Origin: an uncultured bacterium
GTDB taxonomy: Bacteria > Nitrospirota > Nitrospiria > Nitrospirales > Nitrospiraceae
DNA: 58,879 bases
Assembly (NCBI GenBank): GCA_965285965.1
Contig: CBDIWQ010000093.1
Span: 1 to 58,879, forward strand
Reading direction: 5' to 3'
Shown here: piece by piece, positions 27,816-38,811 of the stretch
Position numbering within the stretch: position 1 is the stretch's first letter
Layout of the letters: every line of letters begins with the position of its first letter
Notes under the pieces: generated by a model
Seen by the model: only the letters and a program-made list of their open reading frames with translations
Told to the model about the DNA's origin: nothing
Databases searched by the model: none
Translations under genes and position numbers: made by a program

Positions 27816-29321
27816 ATGAATCAAGCGCTCCGCTGGTCGGCCGAGAATATTCATAAGGCCAAGCGGCGCCTCGGCGTTGCGTCCTACCGACCGGGTCAGG
27901 AGGCCCTCATCGAGGCGGTGATGCAGGGGCGTGATGCCCTGGGCATTCTCCCGACAGGCGGGGGCAAGTCATTGTGCTACCAACTCCCGTCGTTGTTTAT
28001 GCCGCGCGCCGTTGTCGTTGTGTCTCCGCTGATCTCGCTGATGAAAGACCAGCAGGACAAGCTTGAAGACCGCGCCATTCCCGTCGCCAAACTCGACAGC
28101 ACGTTATCGGCGCAAGCGGAGCGCGACGCGGTGGATACCATCCGGGACGGTGAGCCGGAATTGATCTATGTGACTCCAGAACGGCTGGAGCAGGACGAGT
28201 GTCTCTCGATGCTGCGGCGAACGGGCGTCTCTCTCATGGTGGTCGATGAAGCGCACTGCGTCTCCCAATGGGGCCATGACTTTCGCCCGGCGTATCTGGC
28301 CATCCGGGAAGCCGTCCGCGCGCTCGGTCGGCCGCCGGTCCTGGCGTTGACGGCGACGGCGACACCGGACGTGGCGGCCGACATACTGAACCAGCTCGAT
28401 ATTCCCAAGGCGATCGTCGTGAACCTGGGCAGCTATCGGCCGAATCTCATTTATGAGGTCAGGCGCACGGTGAACGAAGCGGAGAAGCTCCGGCATCTCA
28501 CCGGCCTGTTGCGCGGCCTCAAGGAGGGACCGGCGCTGGTCTATGTCGCGACGATCCGCCAAGCCGTGGAGCTGTTCGGGTTCCTGCGGGAAGCCGGGTT
28601 TGAGGCCGGCTGTTATCACGGGAAGATGCCGGCGAAGGAACGGCACCGGACGCAGCAGGACTTCATGGAGGATCGCCTCGGCGTGGTCGTGGCCACCAAG
28701 GCGTTCGGACTGGGCATCGATAAGGCGAATCTCCGCATGGTCGTCCACTATGCGCTGCCGGATTCCATTGAGAGCTATGTGCAGGAGAGCGGCCGCGCCG
28801 GACGTGATGGGAAACCGGCGTGGGGCGTGCTGCTGTACCGGCTGGAAGACCGGCGCGTGCAGGCCTATTTTCTGGGCGGCAAGTATCCGCGCCGCGAGGA
28901 GAGTGCGCAAGTCTACCGCGAAATCGTTCGTGCCGTGGATGACAAGCATGGCGGGGACCTGACGCTGAAGCGGCTCGCGGCAGCCACGGGCATTGCCGAA
29001 GCCCGCGTGAAGGTCGTCACGGCTTTGCTGCAGGCCATGGGCATCATCGAGCGCGGCCGCCGGATCACCTTGACGAGGCGGTTTGCGGACCAGGATGAAT
29101 TCATGGCCTATCTCAGCGAGTACGAACGCCGTCATCAGTCCGATCGAGACCGGCTGGAGATGATGATGAAGTACGGGCAGACCACCGGATGCCGGGCGCG
29201 GCTTCTCACCCGGTATTTTGGGGCCGAAATCTCTGAGGATTGCGGGCGGTGCGATAACTGCCGCAGCGGCGCCGTGGATCGCGTCGTGGACGTGCGGGAC
29301 CTGGGTGCCGCAGCGGCGTAG
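27816..29321 (+). CDS. recQ: RecQ-family ATP-dependent DNA helicase (short form)
   Basis: PTGGGKSLCYQ, DEAHCVSQWGHDFRP, LTATAT, QESGRAGRDG, Zn motif CR...CGRCDNC. Confidence 0.93.
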   Translation: MNQALRWSAENIHKAKRRLGVASYRPGQEALIEAVMQGRDALGILPTGGGKSLCYQLPSLFMPRAVVVVSPLISLMKDQQDKLEDRAIPVAKLDSTLSAQAERDAVDTIRDGEPELIYVTPERLEQDECLSMLRRTGVSLMVVDEAHCVSQWGHDFRPAYLAIREAVRALGRPPVLALTATATPDVAADILNQLDIPKAIVVNLGSYRPNLIYEVRRTVNEAEKLRHLTGLLRGLKEGPALVYVATIRQAVELFGFLREAGFEAGCYHGKMPAKERHRTQQDFMEDRLGVVVATKAFGLGIDKANLRMVVHYALPDSIESYVQESGRAGRDGKPAWGVLLYRLEDRRVQAYFLGGKYPRREESAQVYREIVRAVDDKHGGDLTLKRLAAATGIAEARVKVVTALLQAMGIIERGRRITLTRRFADQDEFMAYLSEYERRHQSDRDRLEMMMKYGQTTGCRARLLTRYFGAEISEDCGRCDNCRSGAVDRVVDVRDLGAAAA

Positions 29322-29418
29322 CCGGTTACCCCGACCGTGTGTACGGGGGAGCCAGGCGACGAAGGCCGTGCGAATACAGGGACGTGTTCATTCACCAATT
29401 TAGCCACTAGGAGCCCAT

Positions 29419-30597
29419 ATGGCCATCAATCTATTGCAAGATAAAGGCACGCCGGTCGACCAACAGCACTTCACCTGGAAGGATGTGGTGCACAAGCCGG
29501 TCAGCAAGATGAACATCGATGCCTTCACGCGGGTGCGGATCATCCTCATGAACGGCATCGAATCCGAGTCGATCCGGTTCAGCCATTCCTGTGCCCGCAT
29601 GAACAAGGACCTGCAAGCCTCTTTGGCGAGGGTCCGGCGCAACGAGCAGCATCAGCAAACCCTGGTTAACTGGCTGCTGCCCGCCGATCAGTCGCCACTC
29701 GAAACGACGATCGGGTATGAGCAGGTCGCCATCGAGGTGACCGCCGCGCTCGCGCAAAATGAACCGGATCCGTACATTGCCCAGGTCTTGCGGTTCGGAC
29801 TGCTGGAGGATTTCGATCATCTGTACCGGTATTCGGCGTTGCTCGACCGGCTCCAGGGCATCGACGCAAACTCGATTACGCAGGGCTACACCGATATCGT
29901 GCCGGGACGTCCGACGGTGGACGAGCACCGCGATCCGATGGACGATCTCCGCGAACACTACGATAAAAAGAGTGCGGCGCCGCTGACGAAACTGCACGCC
30001 TACACGATTATGGCCGGCGAGCATCAGACGCACGACTATTACATGCATTACGGACCCTGGTTTGCCGATCCACTGGCCCGCCAGCTCTATGCGGAAATCG
30101 CCTCGATTGAAGAGCAGCATGTCACGCAATACGAATCGATCATCGATCCGACCGAAAGCTGGATCGAGAAGTGGCTGCTCCATGAGGCCAACGAAGTTTA
30201 TAACTACTACAGTTGCATGACGCAGGAAGAACATCCCCAGATCAAAGCGATCTGGGAACGGTTCCTGGATTATGAACTCGGCCATCTGCAGTTCGCGAGG
30301 GATGTGTGCAAGCAACTCGAACGGCGGGACCCGGCCGAGTTTCTCCCCGAGTCGCTCCCGGAACCGATTGCTTACAAGAGTAACCGGGAGTATGTGCGGC
30401 AGGTATTGCGCGACGAGGTGGATCTGCGGGCCGACGGCCCGCGCTTCGTGAACAAGAGCCAGGAACCCGAGCGCTCGCTGGCGTATCGGCGCCGGATGAA
30501 TCAAGACGGCTCTCCGTCGCAAACCGTCGCGGCCGGATGGCGGTGGAGCCCAGGCGGCGAACTCACCGCCCAACGAGGCTTGAAAGAGGCCGCCTGA
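29419..30597 (+). CDS. Hypothetical protein, probable duplicated ferritin-like fold
   Basis: Multiple ExxH-type motifs (EDFDH, EEQH, ELGH) in a helical sequence; AGGAG RBS. Confidence 0.75.
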   Translation: MAINLLQDKGTPVDQQHFTWKDVVHKPVSKMNIDAFTRVRIILMNGIESESIRFSHSCARMNKDLQASLARVRRNEQHQQTLVNWLLPADQSPLETTIGYEQVAIEVTAALAQNEPDPYIAQVLRFGLLEDFDHLYRYSALLDRLQGIDANSITQGYTDIVPGRPTVDEHRDPMDDLREHYDKKSAAPLTKLHAYTIMAGEHQTHDYYMHYGPWFADPLARQLYAEIASIEEQHVTQYESIIDPTESWIEKWLLHEANEVYNYYSCMTQEEHPQIKAIWERFLDYELGHLQFARDVCKQLERRDPAEFLPESLPEPIAYKSNREYVRQVLRDEVDLRADGPRFVNKSQEPERSLAYRRRMNQDGSPSQTVAAGWRWSPGGELTAQRGLKEAA

Positions 30598-30599
30598 CA

Positions 30600-30770
30600 A
30601 TGGATCGGTCTGTTTAGTCTGTCTGGTCGGTCTTGTCTGTCTGGTCCGAGGACAAGAGAGACCGGAGAGACCTCCGCACCAGATAGACCTCACGAGACTC
30701 GCGAGGACAAGACAGGCGAGAGAGACTCCGCACGAGATAGACATGAGAGACCTCACACCCGATAGACCAC
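30600..30770. repeat. Intergenic degenerate ~9-nt repeat tract with partly inverted arms
   Basis: CTGTCTGGTC x2, then AGAGAGACC/GGAGAGACC/AGATAGACC/CGATAGACC units; CGAGGACAAGA x2; CTCCGCAC x2. Confidence 0.7.
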
Positions 30771-30805
30771 TATGAACGCCCTGTGGGCGCAGAGGAGGAG
30801 CTGGC

Positions 30806-31534
30806 ATGAATGCACCGACATCCATGGGCATGAATCGCAGCGGGATCGACATGGCGCCCGAAGGCGCGGAGCAAATGGCGCAGGCGGTCCGCGAGTTTCC
30901 GCCCAGTTCGCCCGGCGGGGAGCAAACCCTCGCGGAGTACCGGTCTTCCTATGTCACGGAGGCAGAACCCATCGGCACCGTCCCGATGCCCGGTACGCTG
31001 AAGGGCGCCGCAAAGGCCGGCATGCAGAAGCTGCTGGGCCGGCATGCGGAAGTCCTCATCGACAAACTCGGCGGCCGGCTGGCATTCGAACGAACCGGAA
31101 CGCGTCTCTACGATGCCTTGTTGAGCAAGTACCAGATCCGGACCGATGAAGCGCCATCCTTGCCGATCGAGCAACTGCAGCAATTCCGTGCCGAGGAGGC
31201 GGCGCACATCGGACTCGTATGGGACGCGCTGAGGCAGCTCGGAGCGGATCCGACCGCTGTCACCCCGATGGCGGATACGAATGCCGTCGCCTCGATCGGC
31301 CTGATGCAAATCATCAGTGATCCGCGCATGTCGATCGCGCAGAGCATCCATGCTATCCACATCGCGGAATTGGCCGACAATGACGGCTGGCAGATCCTCA
31401 TCAAGCTCGCCCTGCAATTGGGCCAGGATGACATGGCAGCTCAGTTCAAGCAGGCGCTCGCGGAGGAGGACCGCCATCTCGCGGTGATCCGGCAGGTGAT
31501 GGAGCAGATGTGCTTGAGCGAAGCCGGCGCGTGA
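30806..31534 (+). CDS. Ferritin-like domain protein
   Basis: RLAFERTGTRLY, EEAAH, AELADNDGW, EEDRH; GAGGAG RBS. Confidence 0.85.
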   Translation: MNAPTSMGMNRSGIDMAPEGAEQMAQAVREFPPSSPGGEQTLAEYRSSYVTEAEPIGTVPMPGTLKGAAKAGMQKLLGRHAEVLIDKLGGRLAFERTGTRLYDALLSKYQIRTDEAPSLPIEQLQQFRAEEAAHIGLVWDALRQLGADPTAVTPMADTNAVASIGLMQIISDPRMSIAQSIHAIHIAELADNDGWQILIKLALQLGQDDMAAQFKQALAEEDRHLAVIRQVMEQMCLSEAGA

Positions 31535-31540
31535 CAGTGA

Positions 31541-31594
31541 GCCCGGCCTTGTCTCGGGGAAGGCCGGGCACCTTGTCCACCGGCAGACAAGGTG
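31541..31594. terminator. Tandem stem-loops after the ferritin-like gene
   Basis: GCCCGGCCTT..AAGGCCGGGC followed by CACCTTGTC..GACAAGGTG. Confidence 0.5.
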
Positions 31595-31671
31595 AGCCGC
31601 AGCCGTAACGATGACCATCGTAACTCCTTGAAGATGGCATCACTCAGCGGGGACTTTGTCTGACTATCTAT

Positions 31672-33483
31672 ATGGAACCACGGTCCGATGAGCAGGGAGT
31701 GGACTATCCGCGGCCGCAATTGCGGCGCAAGGAGTGGTGGAGTCTGAACGGAAGTTGGGATTTTTCCCTCGACACGTACGGGGTGTGGCAACGGCCGGCG
31801 GAAGTGGCGTGGCGCAGCAAGATCGAAGTCCCGTTCAGCCCGGAAACGGCCCGCAGCGGCATCAAAGACTCCGGATGGTATCAGGCCTGCTGGTATCGGC
31901 GGGCTATCCAGCCGCCGAAGCTTCGTCCCGGGGAGCGCTGGGTCCTGCATTTTGGAGCCGTGGATTATGCCGCGACCGTCTGGCTCGATGGGACCTGCGT
32001 CGGGCAACATGAGGGCGGGTACACCCCCTTTTCGTTCGACATCACCGATCTTCTGTCAGGCACCGGCACACACGAGATCGTCCTGCGCGCGGTCGATCAC
32101 GCGCACGACTTGCAACAACCGCGGGGCAAACAGGATTGGCAGCCGGAGCCGCATCTGATCTGGTATCCCCGGACCAGCGGCATCTGGCAAACGGTGTGGA
32201 TGGAACGGCTGCCGCCGGCGCACATTGCGGAGCTGCGATATACGCCGAACCTCAGCCGCTGGGAGATCGGCCTTTATGTCGGCGTGCAGGGCCCCGAAGG
32301 TGGCGCGTCGCGCCTGCGCGCCACTCTCCGGGCAGGGACTCGCACGCTGGCGCAGGACGTCTACAGTCTATCCGCCGGTGAAGTGCACCGCCGCATTGCC
32401 TTATCGGACCCCGGGATCGACGATTCGCGGAACGAACTGCTCTGGAGCCCGAGCTCGCCGACCTTGATCGACGTCCGGCTGGAACTGCTCAACCAGCGTG
32501 ATGAGGTGGTCGACGTGGTGGACAGCTATACGGCGCTTCGCGAAGTGGCGATCCAGGGCGACCGCGTGACTGTAAACGGCCGGGCGTTTCAATTGCGTTT
32601 CGTCCTCGACCAGGGTTATTGGCCGGACACCGGGATGACCCCTCCCGATCAGGCGTCTGTGCGACGCGACGTGGAACTCGCTAAGGAGATGGGATTCAAC
32701 GGGGTGCGGAAGCACCAGAAGATTGAAGATCCGCGCTATCTCTATTGGGCGGACCGGCTCGGCTTGCTCGTGTGGGAAGAAATGCCGAGCGCCTATCGCT
32801 TCACGATGAAATCGATCACGCGGGTGACGCAACAATGGATGGAGGTGCTGCGCCGCGACTACAGCCATCCCTGCATTATTGCCTGGGTGCCGTTCAATGA
32901 GTCCTGGGGAGTGCCCAACCTGCCGGATAACGCGGCCGAACGCCACTATGTGCAGGCGCTGTATCACTTGACGAAAACCATGGATCCGACGAGGCCGGTC
33001 ATCGGCAATGACGGGTGGGAGAGCGTCGCGACCGACATCATCGGCATCCATGACTACGACGAAGAACCCAGGCGCATGGCGGTCCGGTATCAGACCTCCG
33101 ACGTGCGGGTCCGATTGTTCCAACACGAGCGGCCCGGCGGCCGGTTGCTGATGCTGCAGGGGCATCCTCACGCCGACCATCCGGTGGTGCTGTCGGAATT
33201 CGGCGGCATCGCCGTTCACGACGGGGAGACCTGGGGCTATTCGCGCGCTGATACAACCGAGACGTTCGAGCGACGGTATACCGAATTACTGGCGGTCGTG
33301 CACAGCCTGCAACTCCTGGCGGGATTTTGTTACACCCAGTTCAGCGATACCTATCAAGAGGCGAACGGACTGCTCTACGCCGACCGCCGGCCCAAATTCC
33401 CCTTGGAGCGGATGGCGCAGGCGACCGGCGGCCCCGCCTGGACCCGCAGGCAACCACATATTCCCGGATCACCAGCCGTATGA
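31672..33483 (+). CDS. Glycoside hydrolase family 2
   Basis: LHFGAVDY, HEGGYTPF, LDQGYWP, GFNGVRKHQK, acid/base WVPFNESWG, nucleophile SEFGG. Confidence 0.92.
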   Translation: MEPRSDEQGVDYPRPQLRRKEWWSLNGSWDFSLDTYGVWQRPAEVAWRSKIEVPFSPETARSGIKDSGWYQACWYRRAIQPPKLRPGERWVLHFGAVDYAATVWLDGTCVGQHEGGYTPFSFDITDLLSGTGTHEIVLRAVDHAHDLQQPRGKQDWQPEPHLIWYPRTSGIWQTVWMERLPPAHIAELRYTPNLSRWEIGLYVGVQGPEGGASRLRATLRAGTRTLAQDVYSLSAGEVHRRIALSDPGIDDSRNELLWSPSSPTLIDVRLELLNQRDEVVDVVDSYTALREVAIQGDRVTVNGRAFQLRFVLDQGYWPDTGMTPPDQASVRRDVELAKEMGFNGVRKHQKIEDPRYLYWADRLGLLVWEEMPSAYRFTMKSITRVTQQWMEVLRRDYSHPCIIAWVPFNESWGVPNLPDNAAERHYVQALYHLTKTMDPTRPVIGNDGWESVATDIIGIHDYDEEPRRMAVRYQTSDVRVRLFQHERPGGRLLMLQGHPHADHPVVLSEFGGIAVHDGETWGYSRADTTETFERRYTELLAVVHSLQLLAGFCYTQFSDTYQEANGLLYADRRPKFPLERMAQATGGPAWTRRQPHIPGSPAV

Positions 33484-34592
33484 CCACACGATCGTCCGCC
33501 CTGACGCTGCATAAACACTTCATGACCAAGCCGGACGGGCGGCGGCTGATCCTCTACGGACGGGAGCCGATCCACGTGGCGAGCGCGCCAAGCCCTTCGT
33601 CCGATCCGCCCGAAGGGGACAGCCATTTCCGCTGGCATCCGTTCCGCGGCGAATGGGTCGTGTATGCCGCTCATCGGCAACACCGGACGTTTCTGCCGCC
33701 GCCTGAATATAACCCGCTCGCGCCCTCGACCGACCCCGAGCATCCCACGGAAATGCCCGTCGGCACCTATGACGTCGGCGTATTCGAAAATCGTTTCCCG
33801 ACGTTGCGGCCGGACGCCGGGGAGGCGCCCTCCGCCCTTGTGCCCACGAGGCCCGGCACCGGCGTCTGCGAGGTGGTGGTATACACGCAGGATGCCAAGT
33901 CGTCCTTGGGGGCATTGCCCCTCGATCATCTGGAGGTCGTCCTGGAGGCGTTGGCTGACCGCTACCGCGAGTTGGGGAGCCGTCCGGACATCCAGTATGT
34001 CATGCCGTTCGAAAACCGAGGCGTCGAAGTGGGCGTGACGCTGCATCACCCGCATGGGCAGATCTACGCGTTTCCTTTCGTGCCGCCCATTGCCGAACTC
34101 GAATTGCGCCGGCAGACGGACTACTACCGGGCGCACGGACGGGGGTTGCTCGTCTCGCATATCGACGACGAATTGAGCGACGGACGACGGATGCTCTACG
34201 CCGGCGACGAAGCGGTGGCATTCGTGCCCGTGTTTGCCCGCTATGCCTACGAAGTCTGGATCGCGCCGCGCCGCGCGGCCCCCTCCCTCGCCGATCTCCA
34301 TCCCGGAGAGCGGCAGGACCTGGCGCGGGCGCTCAAAACGGTCTTGAAGAAATATGACGGCCTATGGAGCCGGCCTTTTCCCTACATCCTGGTCGTTCAT
34401 CAGGCCCCGACCGACGGCGAGGTTCACCCTGAGGCGCATTGCCACATCGAATGTTATCCGGCCTATCGCATGCCGGACCGGCTCAAGTATTTGGCCGGCA
34501 GCGAAATCGGCGCGGGTGTCTTCACCTCCGATACCTTGCCGGAAGCCAAAGCGGCTGAACTGCAAGGGGTACAGGTGCACATCGATGACTAA
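33480..34592 (+). CDS. galT: Galactose-1-phosphate uridylyltransferase
   Basis: [23 protein letters not shown] (HPH active site), LKYLAGSE. Confidence 0.93.
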   Translation: MTTRSSALTLHKHFMTKPDGRRLILYGREPIHVASAPSPSSDPPEGDSHFRWHPFRGEWVVYAAHRQHRTFLPPPEYNPLAPSTDPEHPTEMPVGTYDVGVFENRFPTLRPDAGEAPSALVPTRPGTGVCEVVVYTQDAKSSLGALPLDHLEVVLEALADRYRELGSRPDIQYVMPFENRGVEVGVTLHHPHGQIYAFPFVPPIAELELRRQTDYYRAHGRGLLVSHIDDELSDGRRMLYAGDEAVAFVPVFARYAYEVWIAPRRAAPSLADLHPGERQDLARALKTVLKKYDGLWSRPFPYILVVHQAPTDGEVHPEAHCHIECYPAYRMPDRLKYLAGSEIGAGVFTSDTLPEAKAAELQGVQVHIDD

Positions 34593-35739
34593 TCCATCCA
34601 CAGTCGTCCGTCACAACGTCGCACAACCCAGTTTTGCCGCGCTGTTCCAACGTCTCCCCGAATCCTCCGCCGAGGCGCCCGGACGGGTGAACCTCATGGG
34701 GGATCATACGGACTATAACGGCGGCTACGTGCTCCCGATGATTCTGCCGTACACGACCCATGTCGAAGTCGCGTCGCGACCCGACCGGACGATGCATGTG
34801 TGGAGCGCCAACATCGCTGGCTCTCAGGCCCACCGGGAGTTCCACTTGGGCCAGGAACAACGCGGGCAGGATTGGCTGGACTATGTCCAGGCCGTCACGT
34901 CGCTGTTGCGCAGGGACGGGCACGAGTTGCCCGGCATGGACATGCGGATTTGCTCCGAGGTGCCGTTGGGCGCCGGACTCTCCTCGAGCGCCTCGCTGTT
35001 GGTGGCCGTCCTGCGCGCGATCCGCTCGCTTCTTGCCCTGGACGTGTCCGATATCGCCATCGCACGGGCGGCCCACCGCGGCGAGACCGAATTTGTCGGC
35101 GCGCCGGTCGGGATCATGGATCAAATGGTCTGCGCGCTTGGGCGGCCGGGCTGCGCCTTTTTTCTCGATACGGCGACGCTGCAATACGACCATATCGCGC
35201 TGCCCGCCCAAGCCGAATGGGTCGTCATCCATTCAGGCCTGCATCACAGCCATGCGACCGGGTCCTACCAAGAGCGGCGCCGGGAATGCGAGGCAGCCAG
35301 CGCCCTGTTGGGACTGCGCTGGATGCGCGATCTGGAAGGAGCCGGCCGGCAGGCCGTGTTATCGCGGATCGACGAGCTGCCCCCCCCGTTGGATGCCCGC
35401 GCCCGCCATGTTGTCACGGAGAACGAACGCGTCCTCACCGCAGTGGAGATGCTGGAGCAGGGCAAGATGGCGGGGTTCGGCGGCCTCATGAATGCGTCGC
35501 ATGCCTCGTTGCGCCATGATTTCGCCGTGTCCGTGCCCGAAACGGATCTCCTCGTGGATCTGGCTCAGGCGGAGGACGCGTGCTATGGCGCCCGTCTCAC
35601 GGGGGGCGGGTTCGGAGGATCCGTCGTCATCGCCGCCGAGGCCGGGACGGGGGCGGACCTGGCATCCCATGTGGCCGGCGAGTATCGCGCGCATTCCGGG
35701 CGCGAACCCAGCATTCTTCTGCCGGTGCCATCGTGTTGA
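34585..35739 (+). CDS. galK: Galactokinase
   Basis: APGRVNLMGDHTDYN, PLGAGLSSSA, GIMDQ, GARLTGGGFGG. Confidence 0.95.
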   Translation: MTNPSTVVRHNVAQPSFAALFQRLPESSAEAPGRVNLMGDHTDYNGGYVLPMILPYTTHVEVASRPDRTMHVWSANIAGSQAHREFHLGQEQRGQDWLDYVQAVTSLLRRDGHELPGMDMRICSEVPLGAGLSSSASLLVAVLRAIRSLLALDVSDIAIARAAHRGETEFVGAPVGIMDQMVCALGRPGCAFFLDTATLQYDHIALPAQAEWVVIHSGLHHSHATGSYQERRRECEAASALLGLRWMRDLEGAGRQAVLSRIDELPPPLDARARHVVTENERVLTAVEMLEQGKMAGFGGLMNASHASLRHDFAVSVPETDLLVDLAQAEDACYGARLTGGGFGGSVVIAAEAGTGADLASHVAGEYRAHSGREPSILLPVPSC

Positions 35740-35755
35740 CAAGAACGGACGGGTC

Positions 35756-37278
35756 ATGAAACACCCTCAGGCAAACGGAGAAGGTTCGGCGCTGACAATG
35801 CGCCGGAACGCTCGGGACAGCCTGTGGTGGCAGCGGGCCGTCATCTATGAAATCGCTCCCATTTCATTTCAAGACTCCAACGGAGACGGCAAGGGGGATT
35901 TGCCGCGACTCCTCGATCGCATTGATTACTTCCACTTCGGCGTGGATGCATCTGGCTGACGCCGGTGTTTCGATCGTACATGCGCCTGATTCTTGATTTC
36001 GTCCCCAACCATACATCTGACCGGCATCCCTGGTTCCTGGAAAGCCGGGCCTCCCGAACCGGCCTCAAACGCGCCTGGTATGTCTGGGCCGACGCGGGCC
36101 TCGGCGGCGGGCCTCCCAACAACTGGTTGAGCCGCTTCGGAGGCAGTGCGTGGCAGTGGGATGAAAAGACCGAACAGTACTACTATCACTCGTTTCTCAT
36201 CGAGCAGCCGGACTTGAACTGGCGGAATCCTGAGGTGCGCGAGACGATGGCCGAGGTGCTGCGCTTCTGGTTGCGCCGCGGCGTGGATGGGTTTCGCGTG
36301 GATGCCAGCGCCGTGCTGGCCGAAGACGATTTGCTGCGCGACGATTCTCCCAATCCCGATTACCGTGACGACACGCCGCCCCCGCAGCGGCTGAAGCGCA
36401 TTTTCACCGACGACCGGCCTGAGTCGATGCACTACCTGGAAGAACTTCGGCGGGTGGTGGACGAGTTCGACGACCGGGTGCTGGCGGGGGAAGTGCAGGG
36501 CAAAACAGACCGGATCGGCCATTTCTACGGCGAGGCGAAGCCGCGTCTGCATCTGCCGTTGAATTTTGCGCTGCTCGACACGCCGTGGGATGCCTTGTCG
36601 CTTCAGGCGCACATCGATGCGTATGTGAACGCCCTTCCGGCGGACGCCTGGCCCGACTGGGTGATCGGCGGTCACGACAAGCGGCGGGTGACGAGCAAAA
36701 TCGGTCAAGCGCAGGCGAGGATTCTCGCCGTGCTGGTCATGACGCTGAGGGGCACCCCGTTCCTCTTTGCGGGCGATGAACTCGGCATGGAGCAGGTCCC
36801 CATCCCTCCGGAGCGCGTCAAGGATCCCTTCGAGAAGCTGGTCGGAGGCTACGGCCTGAACGATCCAGCACGCAGTCCCATGCGCTGGGACGGCACTCCG
36901 GCCGGGGCTTCACCAAAAGGGGAGCCCTGGCTGCCGATGGGAGCGGATGTCGCCGCGCGCAACGTGGCCACGCTGCAGGCGGATGAGCGCTCGTTGCTCT
37001 GGCTGTATCGCCGTTTGATCCAGGTGCGGCGCATCGAACGGGCGCTGTTGGAAGGCCAGTACGTGCCGCTGCGCAGCCGGAACGACGTCTTGCTCTACAA
37101 ACGTCGCTGGGAGAACCAGGAACTGCTCGTTGCCCTCAACACGATGGAGCAGCCCCGTATGTTCGAAAACGCGAGCGCCGGGGTGTTGCTCCTGTCGACC
37201 TACCTGGATGGCGAGGGCACACCCTTGAAAGCTGCTGTTCGGTTGCGCGGCAGCGAAGGGATGATCATCAGGTTGTGA
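35756..37278 (+). pseudogene. GH13 alpha-glucosidase/alpha-amylase, frameshifted and internally deleted
   Basis: N-terminus WWQRAVIYEI...DSNGDGKGDL ends in TGA at 35959. The shifted frame gives IWLTPVFRS joined directly to MRLILDFVPNHTS; the usual GYD-containing segment is absent. GVDGFRVDA follows. Confidence 0.8.
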
Positions 37279-37549
37279 CAGGGATCCATCGTTACGGACC
37301 GGCGCATCCTGTCCCGTCTTGAAGACAAGGTGCCGCACTTCGCATTCCTGCCTATCAGGAACCCATCAAAAAACCGCGAAAATGGTGGTCTGCCTCTTGC
37401 TTAACAGCATCCGTCATCTGAAGCGGAAACATCGCCTCCCTGTCAGTGAGCCGGGAGGCTGGTTGCCCTAGGTCGAGCCGGCTCTGCCTGCGATCCACGC
37501 TTCCAAAGACCGCTATCCGATTCCGCACCGGCCGTACCGGGGTGCCTGA

Positions 37550-37565
37550 CGGACCCCTGGTTGCT
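37550..37565 (+). promoter_or_regulatory. Sigma54-like promoter
   Basis: CGGACC-CCTGG-TTGCT, 80 nt before ATG 37645. Confidence 0.4.
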
Positions 37566-37644
37566 AAGGGCCCACTGTGCCGCAACCAGAATCAATGAGC
37601 GCTAATCAGCTGCCTGTTGTGACCAATATAGGGAGAAAGCGAGC

Positions 37645-38811
37645 ATGAACGTTTCACCGGTATCACAGGGTGGATTATCGTCAGCTCCTGACATCCTGTG
37701 TCTCTCGCATTTGCGTTGGGATTGGGTGTTTCAGCGGCCTCAGCATCTCTTGACCCGTGCGGCCAAAGACCACCGGGTGTGGTTTGTCGAAGAACCGGTC
37801 GTCGATCGCATCGACGGCGCACGGCTTGCTTTGGCACGCCCGCACCCGAACGTGATCGTGGTGACGCCATCTCTACCCGAAGACCTGAACGACACGGCGC
37901 GTGAAGAGGTGTTGCGGGGCTTGTTGGATCTGCTGCTCCGGTCGCACGATGTGTCCGACTACATCCTCTGGTACTACACGCCCATGGCGCTGCCCTTTTC
38001 CAGGCACCTCTCGCCGTCCGGGATCGTCTATGACTGCATGGACCAGTTGTCCGCTTTCGCCGGCGCACCGGCCAGGCTGGCCGAGTTGGAGTTGGAACTG
38101 CTGTCACGATGCGATGTCGTCTTTACCGGAGGACTGAGTCTCTTCGAATCAAAGCGCGCGCTCCACGCCAACGTGCACTGCTTCCCCAGCAGCGTGGACG
38201 CCGGACACTTTGCCGCGGCCCGCGAGGGGACGACGCAGCCCCGGGATCAGGCGAGCGTGCCACGTCCGCGGTTGGGCTACTTCGGCGTCATCGACGAACG
38301 GCTCGACCTGCCGTTGATTGCCGCCGTGGCTCGTGCCCGTCCCGCCTGGCACCTCGTGCTGGTCGGACCCGTTACCAAAATCGATGAGCGCGATCTGCCC
38401 CGCGCAGCGAACCTCCATTATCTCGGCGCCAAGCGCTATGACGAACTACCCGCGTATGTGGCAGGCTGGGATGTGGCGCTCATGCCGTTCGCCCGCAACG
38501 AATCCACCCGCTATATCAGCCCGACGAAGACGCCGGAATATCTGGCCGCCGGCAAGCCGGTGGTCTCCACGTCCATTCGCGACGTCGTGCGGACCTACGG
38601 TGAGCCGGGCTATGTTCGCATCGCGGATACGGCGGACCAGTTCGTCCGGGCGGTTGAAGAGAGCCTGCTCGACGATCCGCTCGAGCGCCTGACGAGGGTG
38701 GATGCGCTCTTGAAGGAGCAATCATGGGAACAAACCTGGAGCCGGATGCAAACCGTCCTGGATAGTGCGCTCCGCAATGCCGGCGCGAGGTCCTCATGTT
38801 TGACTATGTAA
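37645..38811 (+). CDS. GT-B glycosyltransferase of the type associated with glf
   Basis: LSHLRWDWVFQRPQHL, YDCMD, SPTKTPEYLAAGKPVVST. Confidence 0.9.
   Translation: MNVSPVSQGGLSSAPDILCLSHLRWDWVFQRPQHLLTRAAKDHRVWFVEEPVVDRIDGARLALARPHPNVIVVTPSLPEDLNDTAREEVLRGLLDLLLRSHDVSDYILWYYTPMALPFSRHLSPSGIVYDCMDQLSAFAGAPARLAELELELLSRCDVVFTGGLSLFESKRALHANVHCFPSSVDAGHFAAAREGTTQPRDQASVPRPRLGYFGVIDERLDLPLIAAVARARPAWHLVLVGPVTKIDERDLPRAANLHYLGAKRYDELPAYVAGWDVALMPFARNESTRYISPTKTPEYLAAGKPVVSTSIRDVVRTYGEPGYVRIADTADQFVRAVEESLLDDPLERLTRVDALLKEQSWEQTWSRMQTVLDSALRNAGARSSCLTM

Noticed and set aside
30600-30770. CRISPR array
   Set aside because: Units are ~9 nt and degenerate, with no unique spacers and no cas genes.
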